The notes: a model not told the origin generated them from the sequence alone. A DNA stretch of 64,000 nt from Alphaproteobacteria bacterium (GCA_030614785.1 JAUWTJ010000004.1:1609-65608); one strand, 5' to 3'. Positions 8,772-19,266 are shown, counted from the first letter of the stretch. Program-made: numbers and translations.

Positions 8772-10652
8772 TCAATCCGCTTTGGCCGCCTGTACCCGCT
8801 CCTGCACACCGGTCTTTGCAACCAGATCACGAAACCATATCACTGGATTTTCGGACGCCCCGGGTCCAGGCGAGAATTTTACCTCGCCCAGTTCACTGAC
8901 AAACTCCGGATCGCGCATCCATTGAAGAATGTGCCGTGAGGCTCTGGTGGCGCAGGTGCCCTCTGTCAGAACCTTCGCGTCGAGCAACCTGAGCATGGTC
9001 AGGGCCTTTTCAGCCCCGGAGACCGCGCGCCGGGAAATCGACTGGAAGAGCTGACCCTCCTCCTCGACCCTCGACGACAGGACATCAAATGCCTCAACAA
9101 CCTGGCCCTTTTCCGTCTCGGGAAATCCCGAGGCCAGAACCCGGCCCTGCAAGGCGGCCAGGCATCCAAGCCGGCGCAGCAGAGGTTCATGCGCATCGAG
9201 AAACAGCCGTTCCATCTTTGGACCGGTCAAGATCGGCAGGATGTAGTTGACCAGACGCGCCTTGCTGGCGCTGCCAATAATATTGTCTTCAAGGTCGAGC
9301 AACAATTCGATCCGGGCATCGGGCGTCGAGGCAGCGGCCATATACTCCTCGGCCATTTCCAGTGCCGTCAATCGAACCGACCGGGTTTCAAAGGCTGACA
9401 CAATATCCTCAAGCGAGACCATCGGCCCCTGGCACAGAACCATGCGTTTGGCCAGGCTTCGCGTCAGCGCAACCTCACGGTTGATATCGTCGGGACTGAG
9501 GCGCTTGATCCCGTTCAGCTCCTGCAGGACCCGGGTGACGATCGCCTTGCGGGAATGCGGCAGGCCATCGTTGACAAAGAACCCGGCAAGTTGTTTCAGT
9601 CCCGGGCGTCCGGCAATGTCAGGGTTGTCTGCATTGCCTAAAAACAGATCCACCATCAGGGTCAGCGAGGCCCCAAGGTCGGGCTGCGCACCGAGGAAAT
9701 CCGCCAGTGACGCGCGCCCGCTCACCATTTCGGCGGCAAAGTCATCAATAGAGGCAAGGCACACCGCCTGTCCACGCTCTTCGCCCGGCAAGTGATCCAT
9801 CAGGGACAACAGAAGGGGCAGTTTTTTCGAACAGCCGGAGACTTTACTCAGTGTACGGGCAATGGCGCAGTTAATCACATAGTTTGGCTCCGGTACCGCG
9901 CGCGCCGCCTCCCATGCCCGCCCGAGATTGCCCTCGGCGTCTTTCGGACATCTTCCGGCCCGATCTTCGGTGAAGACCCGTGCCATACCGCGCGATACCA
10001 GATCATTGAGCTGTTTGATGATCTCCGTCACCGGCAGGTTTTCGGCTGACGCCTGAACGACCGCCCATTTCTGCACCGCATGTTGCATGACCGTTCCTCT
10101 GGACTGCAGGCTTTGCAGTACATCGGCGCGGTGCAAAAGCTCCATCGTCGTCAGGCCTTCGCCCTTCAAGGTATCTTCCAGGACACGCGAGATTGCGGCC
10201 CGGGCCTTTGACCCATAAAGATCACTCGGCGTGGCACAGGGGAGACGTACATCCTCCGGCCGCAGCTGCCGCTTATGCTTGACGACCTTCGGGCCACCCT
10301 CTTCAAAAACTGTAATGGGCAGGTATTCGCCGGTCGCAAGGTTACAGGTTTCCTTGATCACTTTTGCGCCCGAGAATGTTTTCTGCAGCAAGGCGTATTT
10401 GGCGGCGTTCAGCGCCGCGCCGCGCTCGGCAAAGGCCTCTTGTAAAACCCAGCCGGTGTCGCCGGCACGGATCACAAGAACCTCGTAGTGAATCTGCTTT
10501 GCCAAAGGAAGCCCCAGTTGTTCCCGTCGTTGAACCCCTTCAACACCCTGATGATAGGAAACTCTGCTTAAGGTCGAGTAAATTGTAACCTTCTTACAGC
10601 ACCAACTTTTACGCGTTTTACTGGAAGAGCCTGGCTGGCTCAACACGCTCAA
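8772..10652 (-). CDS. large hypothetical protein (626 aa as drawn; true start uncertain, listed start is TTG)
   Basis: long ORF with good coding character, no recognisable domain; immediately downstream of tRNA-Thr on the same strand. Confidence 0.45.
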   Translation of the reverse strand: MSVLSQPGSSSKTRKSWCCKKVTIYSTLSRVSYHQGVEGVQRREQLGLPLAKQIHYEVLVIRAGDTGWVLQEAFAERGAALNAAKYALLQKTFSGAKVIKETCNLATGEYLPITVFEEGGPKVVKHKRQLRPEDVRLPCATPSDLYGSKARAAISRVLEDTLKGEGLTTMELLHRADVLQSLQSRGTVMQHAVQKWAVVQASAENLPVTEIIKQLNDLVSRGMARVFTEDRAGRCPKDAEGNLGRAWEAARAVPEPNYVINCAIARTLSKVSGCSKKLPLLLSLMDHLPGEERGQAVCLASIDDFAAEMVSGRASLADFLGAQPDLGASLTLMVDLFLGNADNPDIAGRPGLKQLAGFFVNDGLPHSRKAIVTRVLQELNGIKRLSPDDINREVALTRSLAKRMVLCQGPMVSLEDIVSAFETRSVRLTALEMAEEYMAAASTPDARIELLLDLEDNIIGSASKARLVNYILPILTGPKMERLFLDAHEPLLRRLGCLAALQGRVLASGFPETEKGQVVEAFDVLSSRVEEEGQLFQSISRRAVSGAEKALTMLRLLDAKVLTEGTCATRASRHILQWMRDPEFVSELGEVKFSPGPGASENPVIWFRDLVAKTGVQERVQAAKAD

Positions 10653-10771
10653 CGGGAAAGACTACACCCACAGCGTTCGGGCCGCTGACTGTCTGGTCCT
10701 GAAGGTAAAAGTCGTACCGCTAACGCGAGGAAGATTGAACTCTGAACGCTTTTTCTGTGAAAAAGCTTTAG

Positions 10772-10849
10772 TGGTGCCGCTAAGGTGATTCGAACACCTG
10801 ACCCCCGCATTACGAATGCGATGCTCTACCAACTGAGCTATAGCGGCAC
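10772..10849 (-). tRNA. tRNA-Thr (anticodon CGT)
   Basis: reverse complement GTGCCGCTATAGCTCAGTTGGTAGAGCATCGCATTCGTAATGCGGGGGTCAGGTGTTCGAATCACCTTAGCGGCACCA folds as a cloverleaf; anticodon loop TTCGTAA; encoded CCA. Confidence 0.85.
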
Positions 10850-10897
10850 TCTCCCGGTCCAGGACCCTTGAGAAAGGGCCCTCGCGAGGCGTTTTTC

Positions 10898-11863
10898 CTA
10901 CTCTGAACCGGGTTGCGGTGCAAGGGCTTTCAGGAAGGCCGCGAGATCGGCGGCGCTGGTGGCGGGGACCTCTTCCATGGGGATATGGCCGACGCCATCA
11001 TAGAGAATGAGGTTCGAGTTCGGGATTTTCTCATCGAATACATGGGCGCCGTGCACCGGGACCCAGGTGTCCTCTGCCCCCCACAGAATGAGGGTCGGGG
11101 CCGCGATCTCGCCGAGGCGCTCAACCGGGCTGGCCTGCCACGGCGTGTTCATGCGAACCAGGGTTGCCTCGCGCCGGCCTTCGCGCAACAGGAAGGCCTG
11201 GATGCGGGTCACCATGTCTTCCGTGACGATCTCGCCCCTGGCGACGGCATCAAGCAGCTGCGCCTTCACGGTGTCGCGCGGCAGGATATGGAGCAGGAGG
11301 TTTTTCAGGAGCGGCATGCGGGCGACCCGGTAGACCAGCGCTTCATCGTTATCACCCTGGCGCGGAATGCCCGAGGCATCGACCAGCACGAGGGCATCAA
11401 GATCATCAGGGTGGGTCAACGCATAGCGCCAGGCGATGCCGCCGCCCATGGAATTGCCAATCAGAGTGAAGCTGTCGAGGTTCATGGCGCGCACGAAATC
11501 TTCGAGAAATTTCTCATAGTTCGTGTGCGAATAGTCATAGCCCGGCGCAAGCGAGGACAGGCCGTGGCCGAGAAGGTCGACTGACACGATGCGGTAGTGC
11601 AGCGCCAGTTCGGAGTGCGCCCAGGGCTCCCAGGTATAGAGCGAGGCGTTCGAGCCATGGACGAGGAGAAGGACGGGTCCCTGCCTGTTGCCCTGATCGC
11701 GGTAGTGGGCGGTGAGGCCACTGGCGAGCTCAATGAATTGCGATGGTGGCTGGCCGTAGCGTTCGACAAGCGTATCGTAGGGAATATCGGCATCCCGAAT
11801 GCCAAGGAAGGCGCCGAAAAGGATGCCGCCGAGTAACAATAGAAAGATAAAAAATCTGCGCAT
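10898..11863 (-). CDS. alpha/beta-fold hydrolase (membrane-anchored)
   Basis: N-terminal TM helix; HGSNASL...GNSMGG nucleophile elbow. Confidence 0.7.
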   Translation of the reverse strand: MRRFFIFLLLLGGILFGAFLGIRDADIPYDTLVERYGQPPSQFIELASGLTAHYRDQGNRQGPVLLLVHGSNASLYTWEPWAHSELALHYRIVSVDLLGHGLSSLAPGYDYSHTNYEKFLEDFVRAMNLDSFTLIGNSMGGGIAWRYALTHPDDLDALVLVDASGIPRQGDNDEALVYRVARMPLLKNLLLHILPRDTVKAQLLDAVARGEIVTEDMVTRIQAFLLREGRREATLVRMNTPWQASPVERLGEIAAPTLILWGAEDTWVPVHGAHVFDEKIPNSNLILYDGVGHIPMEEVPATSAADLAAFLKALAPQPGSE

Positions 11864-11922
11864 CGGCCTTACCTCCTGTCGTTTTCTTGCCGCTTTTCTG
11901 TCGCTTTTCCGTCGTGGGCCGC

Positions 11923-13638
11923 CTACCAGCCGTCCTTGTTATCGGGGTCATCGGGGTCATCGAAAGGGTTCGCACCCGGGCCCGGGTCATCGACCGGCGG
12001 CGCTGTCAACGGGGCGTCACTTTCTGCGCTCCCGCCCGGCGCGGCGATGACACTTTCTCTTGCCAGCGGATTTGACGCGCCGACTTTTGACGCCCTGCCG
12101 TGCTGCGGGACGGACGCAGTATCAGGCACAGCATCTATGATAACAGGCGCGCTGGCTGGCTTGTCGGCGGCTGTTTTTTCATCAGTATCTTTTTCATCTG
12201 TATTCGGCGGCGTGGCAACGGGGGTTATATCCTTTGCACCAACCCCGCCCTCTTCCTCTGTGATGTCCTCTTTGCCATCCTCTTTGCTATCCTCGGGAGC
12301 CTCTGCTTCCACCGGTTCAAGAACCAGCCCGGCGATGAGGTCGGCGGGGGCCTGCCAGCTCAACGTATCAAAGGCGCCGCAATTGTTGCAGGTCGAGGTC
12401 CACGCCGCGCTCTCGCGGCCACAGGTCTCGCACATCCAGTGGGCGTCGCGCGGTGCGGTGACGGTTTTTGACAGCCAGTCGCGCGCGAGATCCTCGTTGC
12501 CATCTGCCGCCTCGATGTCGGCCATGAGCTTGCAGACGCGGGCGGTGGCGTACCCTTCGGCGAGGCCCGCAAGATGCTTGCGCGCCGGTTTGTGGCGGCC
12601 AAGGGCAAGATCTTGCTGCGCGCGCAGCAGGCGGCTTTCAATGTGGTCGCGATTGAAGTCAGCCAGACCCTTGAGCCATTTGGCGTCGGCCCTGATGTCT
12701 TCGGCTTCGGGATCGCGCCCCTTTCTCGCTTCTGCGTAGGCGGGAACAAGATCGGGATGCGGCGATGCGGTCCAGGCTTTCTCGATGGTCTGCGCGGCCT
12801 TCCACAGGTTGTCGGCGCGGATGTGATGCCTGGCGGCAAGCACGGCAGCCGGAACCAGACCGGGGGAGAGGTCTGCGGCTTTCAAGCCCCAGTCTTCGGC
12901 TTCTTTGGCCTCACCCTTACCTGCGGCATCCAAAGCCTGCTCGGTATAAAGAACAGCGCTGCGACGCCTGGCGACACCGGCTTCAATGTGTTTTGAGGCA
13001 ACGGATTTCTCAAGCGTTTGTGCAGCCGCGGACCATTCACCGATCGCGGACTGGAGCTCGAAGAGGGCATTGAAAACCCAGGGCGTTTCCGGCTGCAGCT
13101 CGAAAGCGCGCTCGGCCAGACCGAGCGCTTCGAGACGGTTACCGCTGCGGGCGCTTTGCAGAAAAAGCCCGCGCAAACCGAGAAACTCCGTCTCCGGATT
13201 ATCGAGCATTTTCTTGTAGGCTTTGGCGGCGCGCTTTTCATCGCCTTCCAGTTGGGCCGCCTGCGCCGACAGCAGCAGCGTCAGCGGCGGATCATTGAGC
13301 AGCGCATTGGCGCGGGCGGCGAGTTTTCTCACCTCGCTCGGGTTACCGGCCGCAACCGCGACAAGACCCTGACGCAGCGCCTCCTGGCCCCGGACCTGGC
13401 GGCGGGTGCTCGCCCAGGTGAGGAGCGCAACCGGGCCGCCAATGGTGCGCAGCAACAGGCGGTAGCCATAAAGCAGCAGCGCCATGAAGAGGATCAGCAG
13501 CACGGCGACAAGGGTGAAGCTGGTCTCGATCCGGTAGCCAAACCAGGTGACAGCAAAGTCACCGGGATTGTCGGCAAGCCACGCCCCGCTTGCGGCGAGG
13601 GCAGCAATAACAAAGAGGAACCAGAACGCTTTCCACAT
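11923..13638 (-). CDS. hemY: HemY N-terminal-domain protein (TPR, membrane) with an acidic low-complexity C-terminal tail
   Basis: two N-terminal TM helices then TPR region, family resemblance to proteobacterial HemY; position downstream of hemC-hemD-mic60-like. Confidence 0.7.
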   Translation of the reverse strand: MWKAFWFLFVIAALAASGAWLADNPGDFAVTWFGYRIETSFTLVAVLLILFMALLLYGYRLLLRTIGGPVALLTWASTRRQVRGQEALRQGLVAVAAGNPSEVRKLAARANALLNDPPLTLLLSAQAAQLEGDEKRAAKAYKKMLDNPETEFLGLRGLFLQSARSGNRLEALGLAERAFELQPETPWVFNALFELQSAIGEWSAAAQTLEKSVASKHIEAGVARRRSAVLYTEQALDAAGKGEAKEAEDWGLKAADLSPGLVPAAVLAARHHIRADNLWKAAQTIEKAWTASPHPDLVPAYAEARKGRDPEAEDIRADAKWLKGLADFNRDHIESRLLRAQQDLALGRHKPARKHLAGLAEGYATARVCKLMADIEAADGNEDLARDWLSKTVTAPRDAHWMCETCGRESAAWTSTCNNCGAFDTLSWQAPADLIAGLVLEPVEAEAPEDSKEDGKEDITEEEGGVGAKDITPVATPPNTDEKDTDEKTAADKPASAPVIIDAVPDTASVPQHGRASKVGASNPLARESVIAAPGGSAESDAPLTAPPVDDPGPGANPFDDPDDPDNKDGW

Positions 13639-13643
13639 GGATG

Positions 13644-14975
13644 CTACTCGCTCTCAAGGGCGGTCAGGAGGTCTGCGAAGACCTGTGCTGTCAGCCCGGT
13701 AACAAGAGTGTCGACCTGACGCCTGGCGCGGGCCCGCTCGAGCCAGGGCGCGGCACCTTGCGCAGCCGGGCCCTCAAGCCTTGCAAGCTCCTCGACTGCG
13801 GCTGCCAGATCCTCGATGGCGATGCGGTTTTCAGCGCGCGCGAGGATCGACTGCCAGTCGTCACCGTCCAACTCGCCCACCTTTCTGATGGAGAAGAGCG
13901 CCGTAAACTGATTAACGATCCAGTTCCAGACCCCGCCGCCTTCACGGATCCGTTCGGCCTCGGTAATGGCGTCGATAGCGGTTTCGAATTCCAGAAGCAG
14001 GGCCTTTGCGGTCGGCGCGCCTTTCTCGGCAAAGGGCTGCAGCTGCGCGGCAAACGCATCGCCCGGGGCAAGGGCCGCGAAGGCACCAAGCTCTGTTGCA
14101 AAAGACCCCGACGTGGCGGCGGCGCGGGCAAGCTCTGTGGCGCTGAGGGCGAGGACGGCGGCTTTGGCAGCGCCTTCAGGGTCGGCCTCTTCAATGGCGG
14201 CGAGACGGGCGCTGAGTTCGCCCAGCTCATTGCGCGGGCTGAGACCTTGCAGGATTTCGCCGAGGTTCTCCGGCGGCGCGACTTCTTCCAGAGCCTCGAT
14301 CCGCCCGCCGGCCTGATCAAGGCTCTCGTTCATGGCGGCAAAGCGTTCGTTCAGGGTCGCGAGCGCGTCCTTCATCCGGGTGACATCACCGGCGCTTTGC
14401 GCCTGTTGCCCCGGGTTTGCATCATTGGCCACCATCGGGTCCTGCTCACCGGTCTCGGCTTCAAATGTATCGAGACGCTCCTCAAGGGCGGCGATCATGG
14501 ATTTTGCGGCCTCAAGATCTGATGCGACGGTTTCCCCGCCACCCTCTTCCAGTTGGCCCAGAGTATTCGACAGCGCGGCGATTTCCGAGCGCCGGGTCGC
14601 AAGGTCATTGGCGAGGCTTGCTGTCGCGGCGGTGGCCCGGCGGTCGGCTTCCTCGAGGGCGGCCAGTTTGGCCTCCAGCGCGGCCATCCGCCCGGCCTCC
14701 TCGCTGATACCCGGCACGAACAGATCGATCAGCGCGGCGCGGTAGATAAAGGCGGCACCCAGACCGGCGACGACAATGACAGCGGCGACCACAAGGCCGG
14801 TTACAAAGCCGCTTGTCTTTGCGGGAGACGTGACCAGATCCTCTGCCTTGTCTTGCGGGACATCTTTCGGGTCGCCAGCGGGCGGCGGCGTCACGACAAC
14901 CCCGGGCGTCCCGGAGGGTCCGGGAGCGGCTGAGGAAGACGTATCATCAGATGCGGTTTTTTCATTGTCGGCCAT
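13644..14975 (-). CDS. Mic60/mitofilin-like coiled-coil membrane protein (COG4223; often annotated HemX)
   Basis: N-terminal Pro-rich region, single TM (GFVTGLVVAAVIVVAGLGAAFIY), long coiled-coil, C-terminal conserved domain; conserved location between hemD and hemY; start taken at ATG 14975 (AAGGGA RBS) rather than the upstream GTG. Confidence 0.6.
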   Translation of the reverse strand: MADNEKTASDDTSSSAAPGPSGTPGVVVTPPPAGDPKDVPQDKAEDLVTSPAKTSGFVTGLVVAAVIVVAGLGAAFIYRAALIDLFVPGISEEAGRMAALEAKLAALEEADRRATAATASLANDLATRRSEIAALSNTLGQLEEGGGETVASDLEAAKSMIAALEERLDTFEAETGEQDPMVANDANPGQQAQSAGDVTRMKDALATLNERFAAMNESLDQAGGRIEALEEVAPPENLGEILQGLSPRNELGELSARLAAIEEADPEGAAKAAVLALSATELARAAATSGSFATELGAFAALAPGDAFAAQLQPFAEKGAPTAKALLLEFETAIDAITEAERIREGGGVWNWIVNQFTALFSIRKVGELDGDDWQSILARAENRIAIEDLAAAVEELARLEGPAAQGAAPWLERARARRQVDTLVTGLTAQVFADLLTALESE

Positions 14976-15058
14976 CGGAAATCCCTTGAACACGAAGAGG
15001 CTACCCTGAGGAATATAGGGGTTCGGGCTCGAATTACAGCCTCATTTTTGTCCACGGG

Positions 15059-15784
15059 TTACCCGAGAGCGCCTGCCTCCAGAAGTGCCATGAGAGCGGC
15101 TTCGTCGGGGGTGGCTGCGACAACGCAGTTTGCAAACGGCAGGTTCGCGACGGCAGCGGTGACATTGGCCGAGAGGCAATAGCAGGTGATCGCCTGGCAA
15201 GCCCCCTGCAGCCCGGCCTTGTTAATCAGGTCAACGAGGATGCGTCCGCTGCGCGGGGAATAGACGAGGACGGCGTCAAGCGAGGCTTCGGTTATCCGCG
15301 CGATGACCTCTGGCGACAGAGACGCGCTGGCCGTCATGGCATAAAGCACGTGACGATCAACCTGAAAGCCGCGCGTGGCCAGTTCGCCTTGCAGATCACC
15401 GGCAACGACGCTGCCGGCAATATGCACAATGGACCCGGCACCCGGATCAAGCCGGGCGGCGATGTCGGCGGCGAGATGGTCCACGTCTCCGGCGGCGACA
15501 TAAACCGGATCAAAGCCTTCTTGCCTCGCCGCTGCAGCGGTGGCATCGCCGACCGCGAAGACCGGCAGGCGGCGCTCCTTGTGGCATCTGGCGAGGGCGC
15601 GCACGCCGTTGGCTGATGTGAAGGCTATGGCCTGAGAACCTTTCAAGGCGCCGGGAAAATCCTCCGGCCCTTCGAGATAATCGGCGCTCATCAGAGGTTC
15701 AACGACAGGATCATGGCCCAAAGTCCGCAGCCGTTCCGCAAGGCGTGAGGCATCCGGTTCAGGCCGTGTGACGAGGATTTTCAT
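15059..15784 (-). CDS. hemD: uroporphyrinogen-III synthase
   Basis: MKILVTRPEPDASRLAERLRTLGHDPVVEPL start typical of HemD; directly downstream of hemC. Confidence 0.75.
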   Translation of the reverse strand: MKILVTRPEPDASRLAERLRTLGHDPVVEPLMSADYLEGPEDFPGALKGSQAIAFTSANGVRALARCHKERRLPVFAVGDATAAAARQEGFDPVYVAAGDVDHLAADIAARLDPGAGSIVHIAGSVVAGDLQGELATRGFQVDRHVLYAMTASASLSPEVIARITEASLDAVLVYSPRSGRILVDLINKAGLQGACQAITCYCLSANVTAAVANLPFANCVVAATPDEAALMALLEAGALG

Positions 15785-15794
15785 CTTCGCGTTC

Positions 15795-16820
15795 TCATTT
15801 TTTGGGTGCCGCGCCAGGATTGGCTCCCGAGCCTTCGACGGCCTCGGCCAGGCGCGCCATGAACTCAGGCCCGGCATCAGCCCTGAGGGTCTTACCCATT
15901 TCGGTACCGAAAGAAACGGCCTCGGCCTCGCTGGTAACGGCAGCTTTGCCGCTGACATCCTTTGCACCGGTGCCATCGGGCATCAGGATGCGGCCTTCAA
16001 AAACCAGCGTATCGCCTTGTGTGAAGCGGGCATATCCGGCGATGGGCGTGCGGCACGAGCCATCCAGCACATCAAGGAAGGCCCGCTCGACAGCAGTGGC
16101 GAGCTCGGTGGGGACAGGGGAAAGCGGCGCCAGGGCGGCGCGAACCGCAAGGTCATCAATGCGCGCCTCGATGGTCAGCGACCCCTGGCCCACGGCAGGC
16201 ACCATGAAGGCGGGGTCAACAATCGAAGTAATCTGGTTTGCCCGTCCCAGGCGATTGAGCCCGGCGACGGCCAGAAGCGTCGCGTCAACTTCGCCGTCGG
16301 CCAGTTTGCGCAACCGGGTTTCGACAATGCCGCGATAGGTGACCACTTTGAGGTCTGGCCGTTTGGCGAGGATTTGCGCCTGGCGCCGCAGGGATGTTGA
16401 GCCAACGACGGCGCCGTGGGGCAACTCCTCGATGCTGCCTGCCTTCGGGCTGAGGAAGGCGTCGCGCGGGTCCTCGCGCTCCAGCGTGGTGGTCAGCATG
16501 AGACCTTCGGGGCACTGTGTCGGCATATCCTTGACGCAATGAACCGCAATGTCGATGACGTCACCGAGCAGCGCTTCCTCGATTTCCTTGGTGAAGAGGC
16601 CCTTGCCGCCGATAGCGCTCAAAGGCCTGTCCTGAACCTTGTCGCCTGTTGTCGTGATGACCTGAATGGGGAACCGCGTGTGCCTGTCCTCGACCTCGAC
16701 GCCGTGGGCCTCGCCGAGGAGCTGTTGCACCAGATTGGCCTGATAGAGTGCAAGGGGGCTGCCCCGGGTGCCGATGCGAATTGTGAGATTTTCCACCGGT
16801 CGATTCTTCTGGTCTTGCAT
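15795..16820 (-). CDS. hemC: porphobilinogen deaminase (hydroxymethylbilane synthase)
   Basis: IRIGTRGSPLALYQA...TTGDK...GGKGLFTKEIEEAL signature. Confidence 0.9.
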   Translation of the reverse strand: MQDQKNRPVENLTIRIGTRGSPLALYQANLVQQLLGEAHGVEVEDRHTRFPIQVITTTGDKVQDRPLSAIGGKGLFTKEIEEALLGDVIDIAVHCVKDMPTQCPEGLMLTTTLEREDPRDAFLSPKAGSIEELPHGAVVGSTSLRRQAQILAKRPDLKVVTYRGIVETRLRKLADGEVDATLLAVAGLNRLGRANQITSIVDPAFMVPAVGQGSLTIEARIDDLAVRAALAPLSPVPTELATAVERAFLDVLDGSCRTPIAGYARFTQGDTLVFEGRILMPDGTGAKDVSGKAAVTSEAEAVSFGTEMGKTLRADAGPEFMARLAEAVEGSGANPGAAPKK

Positions 16821-16911
16821 GGCGCTTTTCCTTAATTAGTCGGACTTTGAAGGGTCTTGATAGTGGATTTAAGTGCTTCGGGACCCAATGTCGAGAGACC
16901 CGAGAGCGAGA

Positions 16912-17973
16912 ATGGTGACCGGACCAAAAGACTTTACAGTATTGGGCATTGAAACGAGCTGCGACGAAACCGCCGCCGCGGTGCTTCGCGGTGCGCCCGG
17001 CGCGGTGCCGCAGATCCTGTCTCACCGGCTGCTGACCCAGACCGAAGAGCACGCGCCCTACGGCGGCGTTGTCCCGGAGATCGCGGCCCGGGCGCATATC
17101 CGGCATCTGGACCGGCTGGTCAGCGAGGCCATGGACGAGGCAGGGCTCGGTTACGCCGATCTTGACGGCATTGCTGCGACCGCCGGGCCGGGGCTGATCG
17201 GCGGGGTCATCGTCGGGCTGATGACGGCGAAAGCCATCGCCCAGGCGCACAGGAAACCGCTCATCGGGGTCAATCATCTGGAGGGCCATGCGCTGTCGGT
17301 CCGGCTGGCAACGCCGCTGGAGTTTCCCTATCTGCTCCTGCTCGTCTCCGGCGGACACTGTCAGCTGCTCGGCGTCGAGGGCCCGGGCCACTACAAGCTT
17401 TATGGCTCGACCATTGATGATGCGGTCGGCGAGGCGTTCGACAAGACGGCCAAACTTTTGGGCCTTGGCTATCCCGGCGGACCGGCGGTGCAAGCCGCGG
17501 CAGAGAGCGGCGACGATGCCCGCTTCAAATTTCCGCTGCCACTGAAGGGTCGTCCGGGAGCGGACTTTTCCTTCTCGGGCCTCAAGACCGCCGTGCGGCT
17601 ACAGTCGCGCAAACTCGCGGTCGATGGCAAGGTGGCCCCGCAGGACATTGCCGATATCTGCGCCAGTTTCCAGCGCACCGTTGGCGACGTGATTGTCGAC
17701 CGGACAACCAATGCGATGAAGCTTTATGAAGCCGATGTTTCAGGTCGGCCGTTACGCCTCGTCACCGCAGGCGGCGTCGCTGCCAACACGGTGCTGCGCG
17801 CCCGTCTTGAAGGCCTGTGCCAGGCGCGCGGTTACTCTTTCGACGTCCCGCCGTTTGAGTTCTGCACCGACAACGGCGCCATGATCGCCTGGGCCGGGAT
17901 TGAACGCCTGGCCAAGGGCGAGGCCGACGCGCTCGATATTGCGCCAAGAGCACGCTGGCCGCTGGCGGGGTGA
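16912..17973 (+). CDS. tsaD: tRNA N6-adenosine threonylcarbamoyltransferase
   Basis: [15 protein letters not shown]...; Kae1/TsaD family; divergent from hemC as in many alphaproteobacteria. Confidence 0.9.
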   Translation: MVTGPKDFTVLGIETSCDETAAAVLRGAPGAVPQILSHRLLTQTEEHAPYGGVVPEIAARAHIRHLDRLVSEAMDEAGLGYADLDGIAATAGPGLIGGVIVGLMTAKAIAQAHRKPLIGVNHLEGHALSVRLATPLEFPYLLLLVSGGHCQLLGVEGPGHYKLYGSTIDDAVGEAFDKTAKLLGLGYPGGPAVQAAAESGDDARFKFPLPLKGRPGADFSFSGLKTAVRLQSRKLAVDGKVAPQDIADICASFQRTVGDVIVDRTTNAMKLYEADVSGRPLRLVTAGGVAANTVLRARLEGLCQARGYSFDVPPFEFCTDNGAMIAWAGIERLAKGEADALDIAPRARWPLAG

Positions 17974-17991
17974 ACTTCGCTTCTCTCCTGG

Positions 17992-18094
17992 CCTCATCCT
18001 GAGGTGCGAGTGAAACGAGCCTCGAAGGAGGCATGGCTGAGACCCGGGCCTTTCATCCTTCGAGACGATTGCTTCACAATCCCTCAGGATGAGG
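17992..18094. repeat. family-2 palindromic intergenic element (CCTCATCCTGAGG...CCTCGAAGGAGGC...CCTTCGAGACG...CCTCAGGATGAGG)
   Basis: nested inverted repeats; between tsaD and gpsA; recurs at about 23620-23719 and 38478-38594. Confidence 0.6.
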
Positions 18095-18248
18095 AGGGAG
18101 ACCTTGACTTTCAGCCACATCCGTAGAGCCGAGATTGGCATTCATCATCATATCGCAGGAAAGTATGTTGCATAACCTCTGACCTTGATTTCCAGCCACT
18201 TTTCCGTCATGCCTTACGCCTCACTTTCACTTAAACCCCAGAGGTCTC

Positions 18249-19247
18249 ATGGATAAAATTGGTGTTGTTGGCGGCGGGGCCTGGGGGACGGCTTTGGCGG
18301 CTGTTGCGGCGCGGGCCAATGCGGGCAGACGCGTGCGGCTGTGGGCGCTGGAGCGCGAGGTTGTTGACGGGATCAACCGGACCCACGAGAACACGCCCTT
18401 TTTGCCCGGCATCGCGCTTGACCCGATGATCGAGGCGACGGCCAGCCTCAAGGACCTTGCTGACCGCGACGCGATCCTTCTGGTGCCGCCGGCGCAGCAT
18501 TTGCGCAAGGTGCTGGGCGATCTGGCGCCGCATCTCGACCCAAAAATCCCGCTGCTGATCTGTTGCAAGGGCATCGAGCAGGGCTCGATGAAATTGATGG
18601 GCGAAGTGGCGGCGGAAGCAGCCCCCGGCCATCCGCTGGCGGTGCTGTCTGGCCCGAGCTTTGCGGCGGATGTGGCCAAAGGCCTGCCGACGGCTGTGAC
18701 GTTGGCGTGCGAGGATGCGAACCTTGGTGAAGCCCTTGTCGATGCCATCGGCCTTTCAACCTTCCGGCCCTATCTGTCGAGCGATCTGACCGGTGCGGAG
18801 ATCGGCGGGGCGGTCAAGAATGTGATCGCCATTGCCTGCGGCATTGCCGAGGGCTGCAAGTTTGGCGAAAGCGCGCGGGCAGCCCTGACGGCGCGCGGCT
18901 TTGCCGAGATCACCCGGCTGGGCGAGGCGCTCGGCGCAAAGCGGGAAACCATGACGGGACTTTCGGGGCTCGGCGATCTCATCCTGACGTGTAATTCGAT
19001 GCAGTCGCGCAACATGTCGCTCGGCGTCGCGCTCGGCGAAGGCCGGACGCTGAAAGAAGTTATGGCGTCACGCACCTCGGTGGCCGAAGGCGTGCCGACC
19101 TCAAGCGCGGTGGTTGAACTGGCGCGCTCAAAGGGCATCGAGATGCCGATCGCCGAGGCGGTCAATTCCATTGTCACGGAAGAGAAGACTGTCAGCCGCG
19201 CCATCCTTGATATCTTGAGCCGACCGTTTACATCCGAACACGAATGA
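18249..19247 (+). CDS. gpsA: NAD(P)H-dependent glycerol-3-phosphate dehydrogenase
   Basis: MDKIGVVGGGAWGTALA Rossmann start and full-length GpsA similarity. Confidence 0.9.
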   Translation: MDKIGVVGGGAWGTALAAVAARANAGRRVRLWALEREVVDGINRTHENTPFLPGIALDPMIEATASLKDLADRDAILLVPPAQHLRKVLGDLAPHLDPKIPLLICCKGIEQGSMKLMGEVAAEAAPGHPLAVLSGPSFAADVAKGLPTAVTLACEDANLGEALVDAIGLSTFRPYLSSDLTGAEIGGAVKNVIAIACGIAEGCKFGESARAALTARGFAEITRLGEALGAKRETMTGLSGLGDLILTCNSMQSRNMSLGVALGEGRTLKEVMASRTSVAEGVPTSSAVVELARSKGIEMPIAEAVNSIVTEEKTVSRAILDILSRPFTSEHE

Positions 19248-19266
19248 AATTCAGAAAGTAACTCAC

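Noticed and set aside
5047-10652. tRNA-Thr-associated genomic island spanning the MCP-like/ODP, DsrE-like, DUF2336 and 626-aa genes.
   Set aside because: No integrase, no visible direct repeat of the tRNA 3' end, and no clear compositional break. Insufficient evidence.
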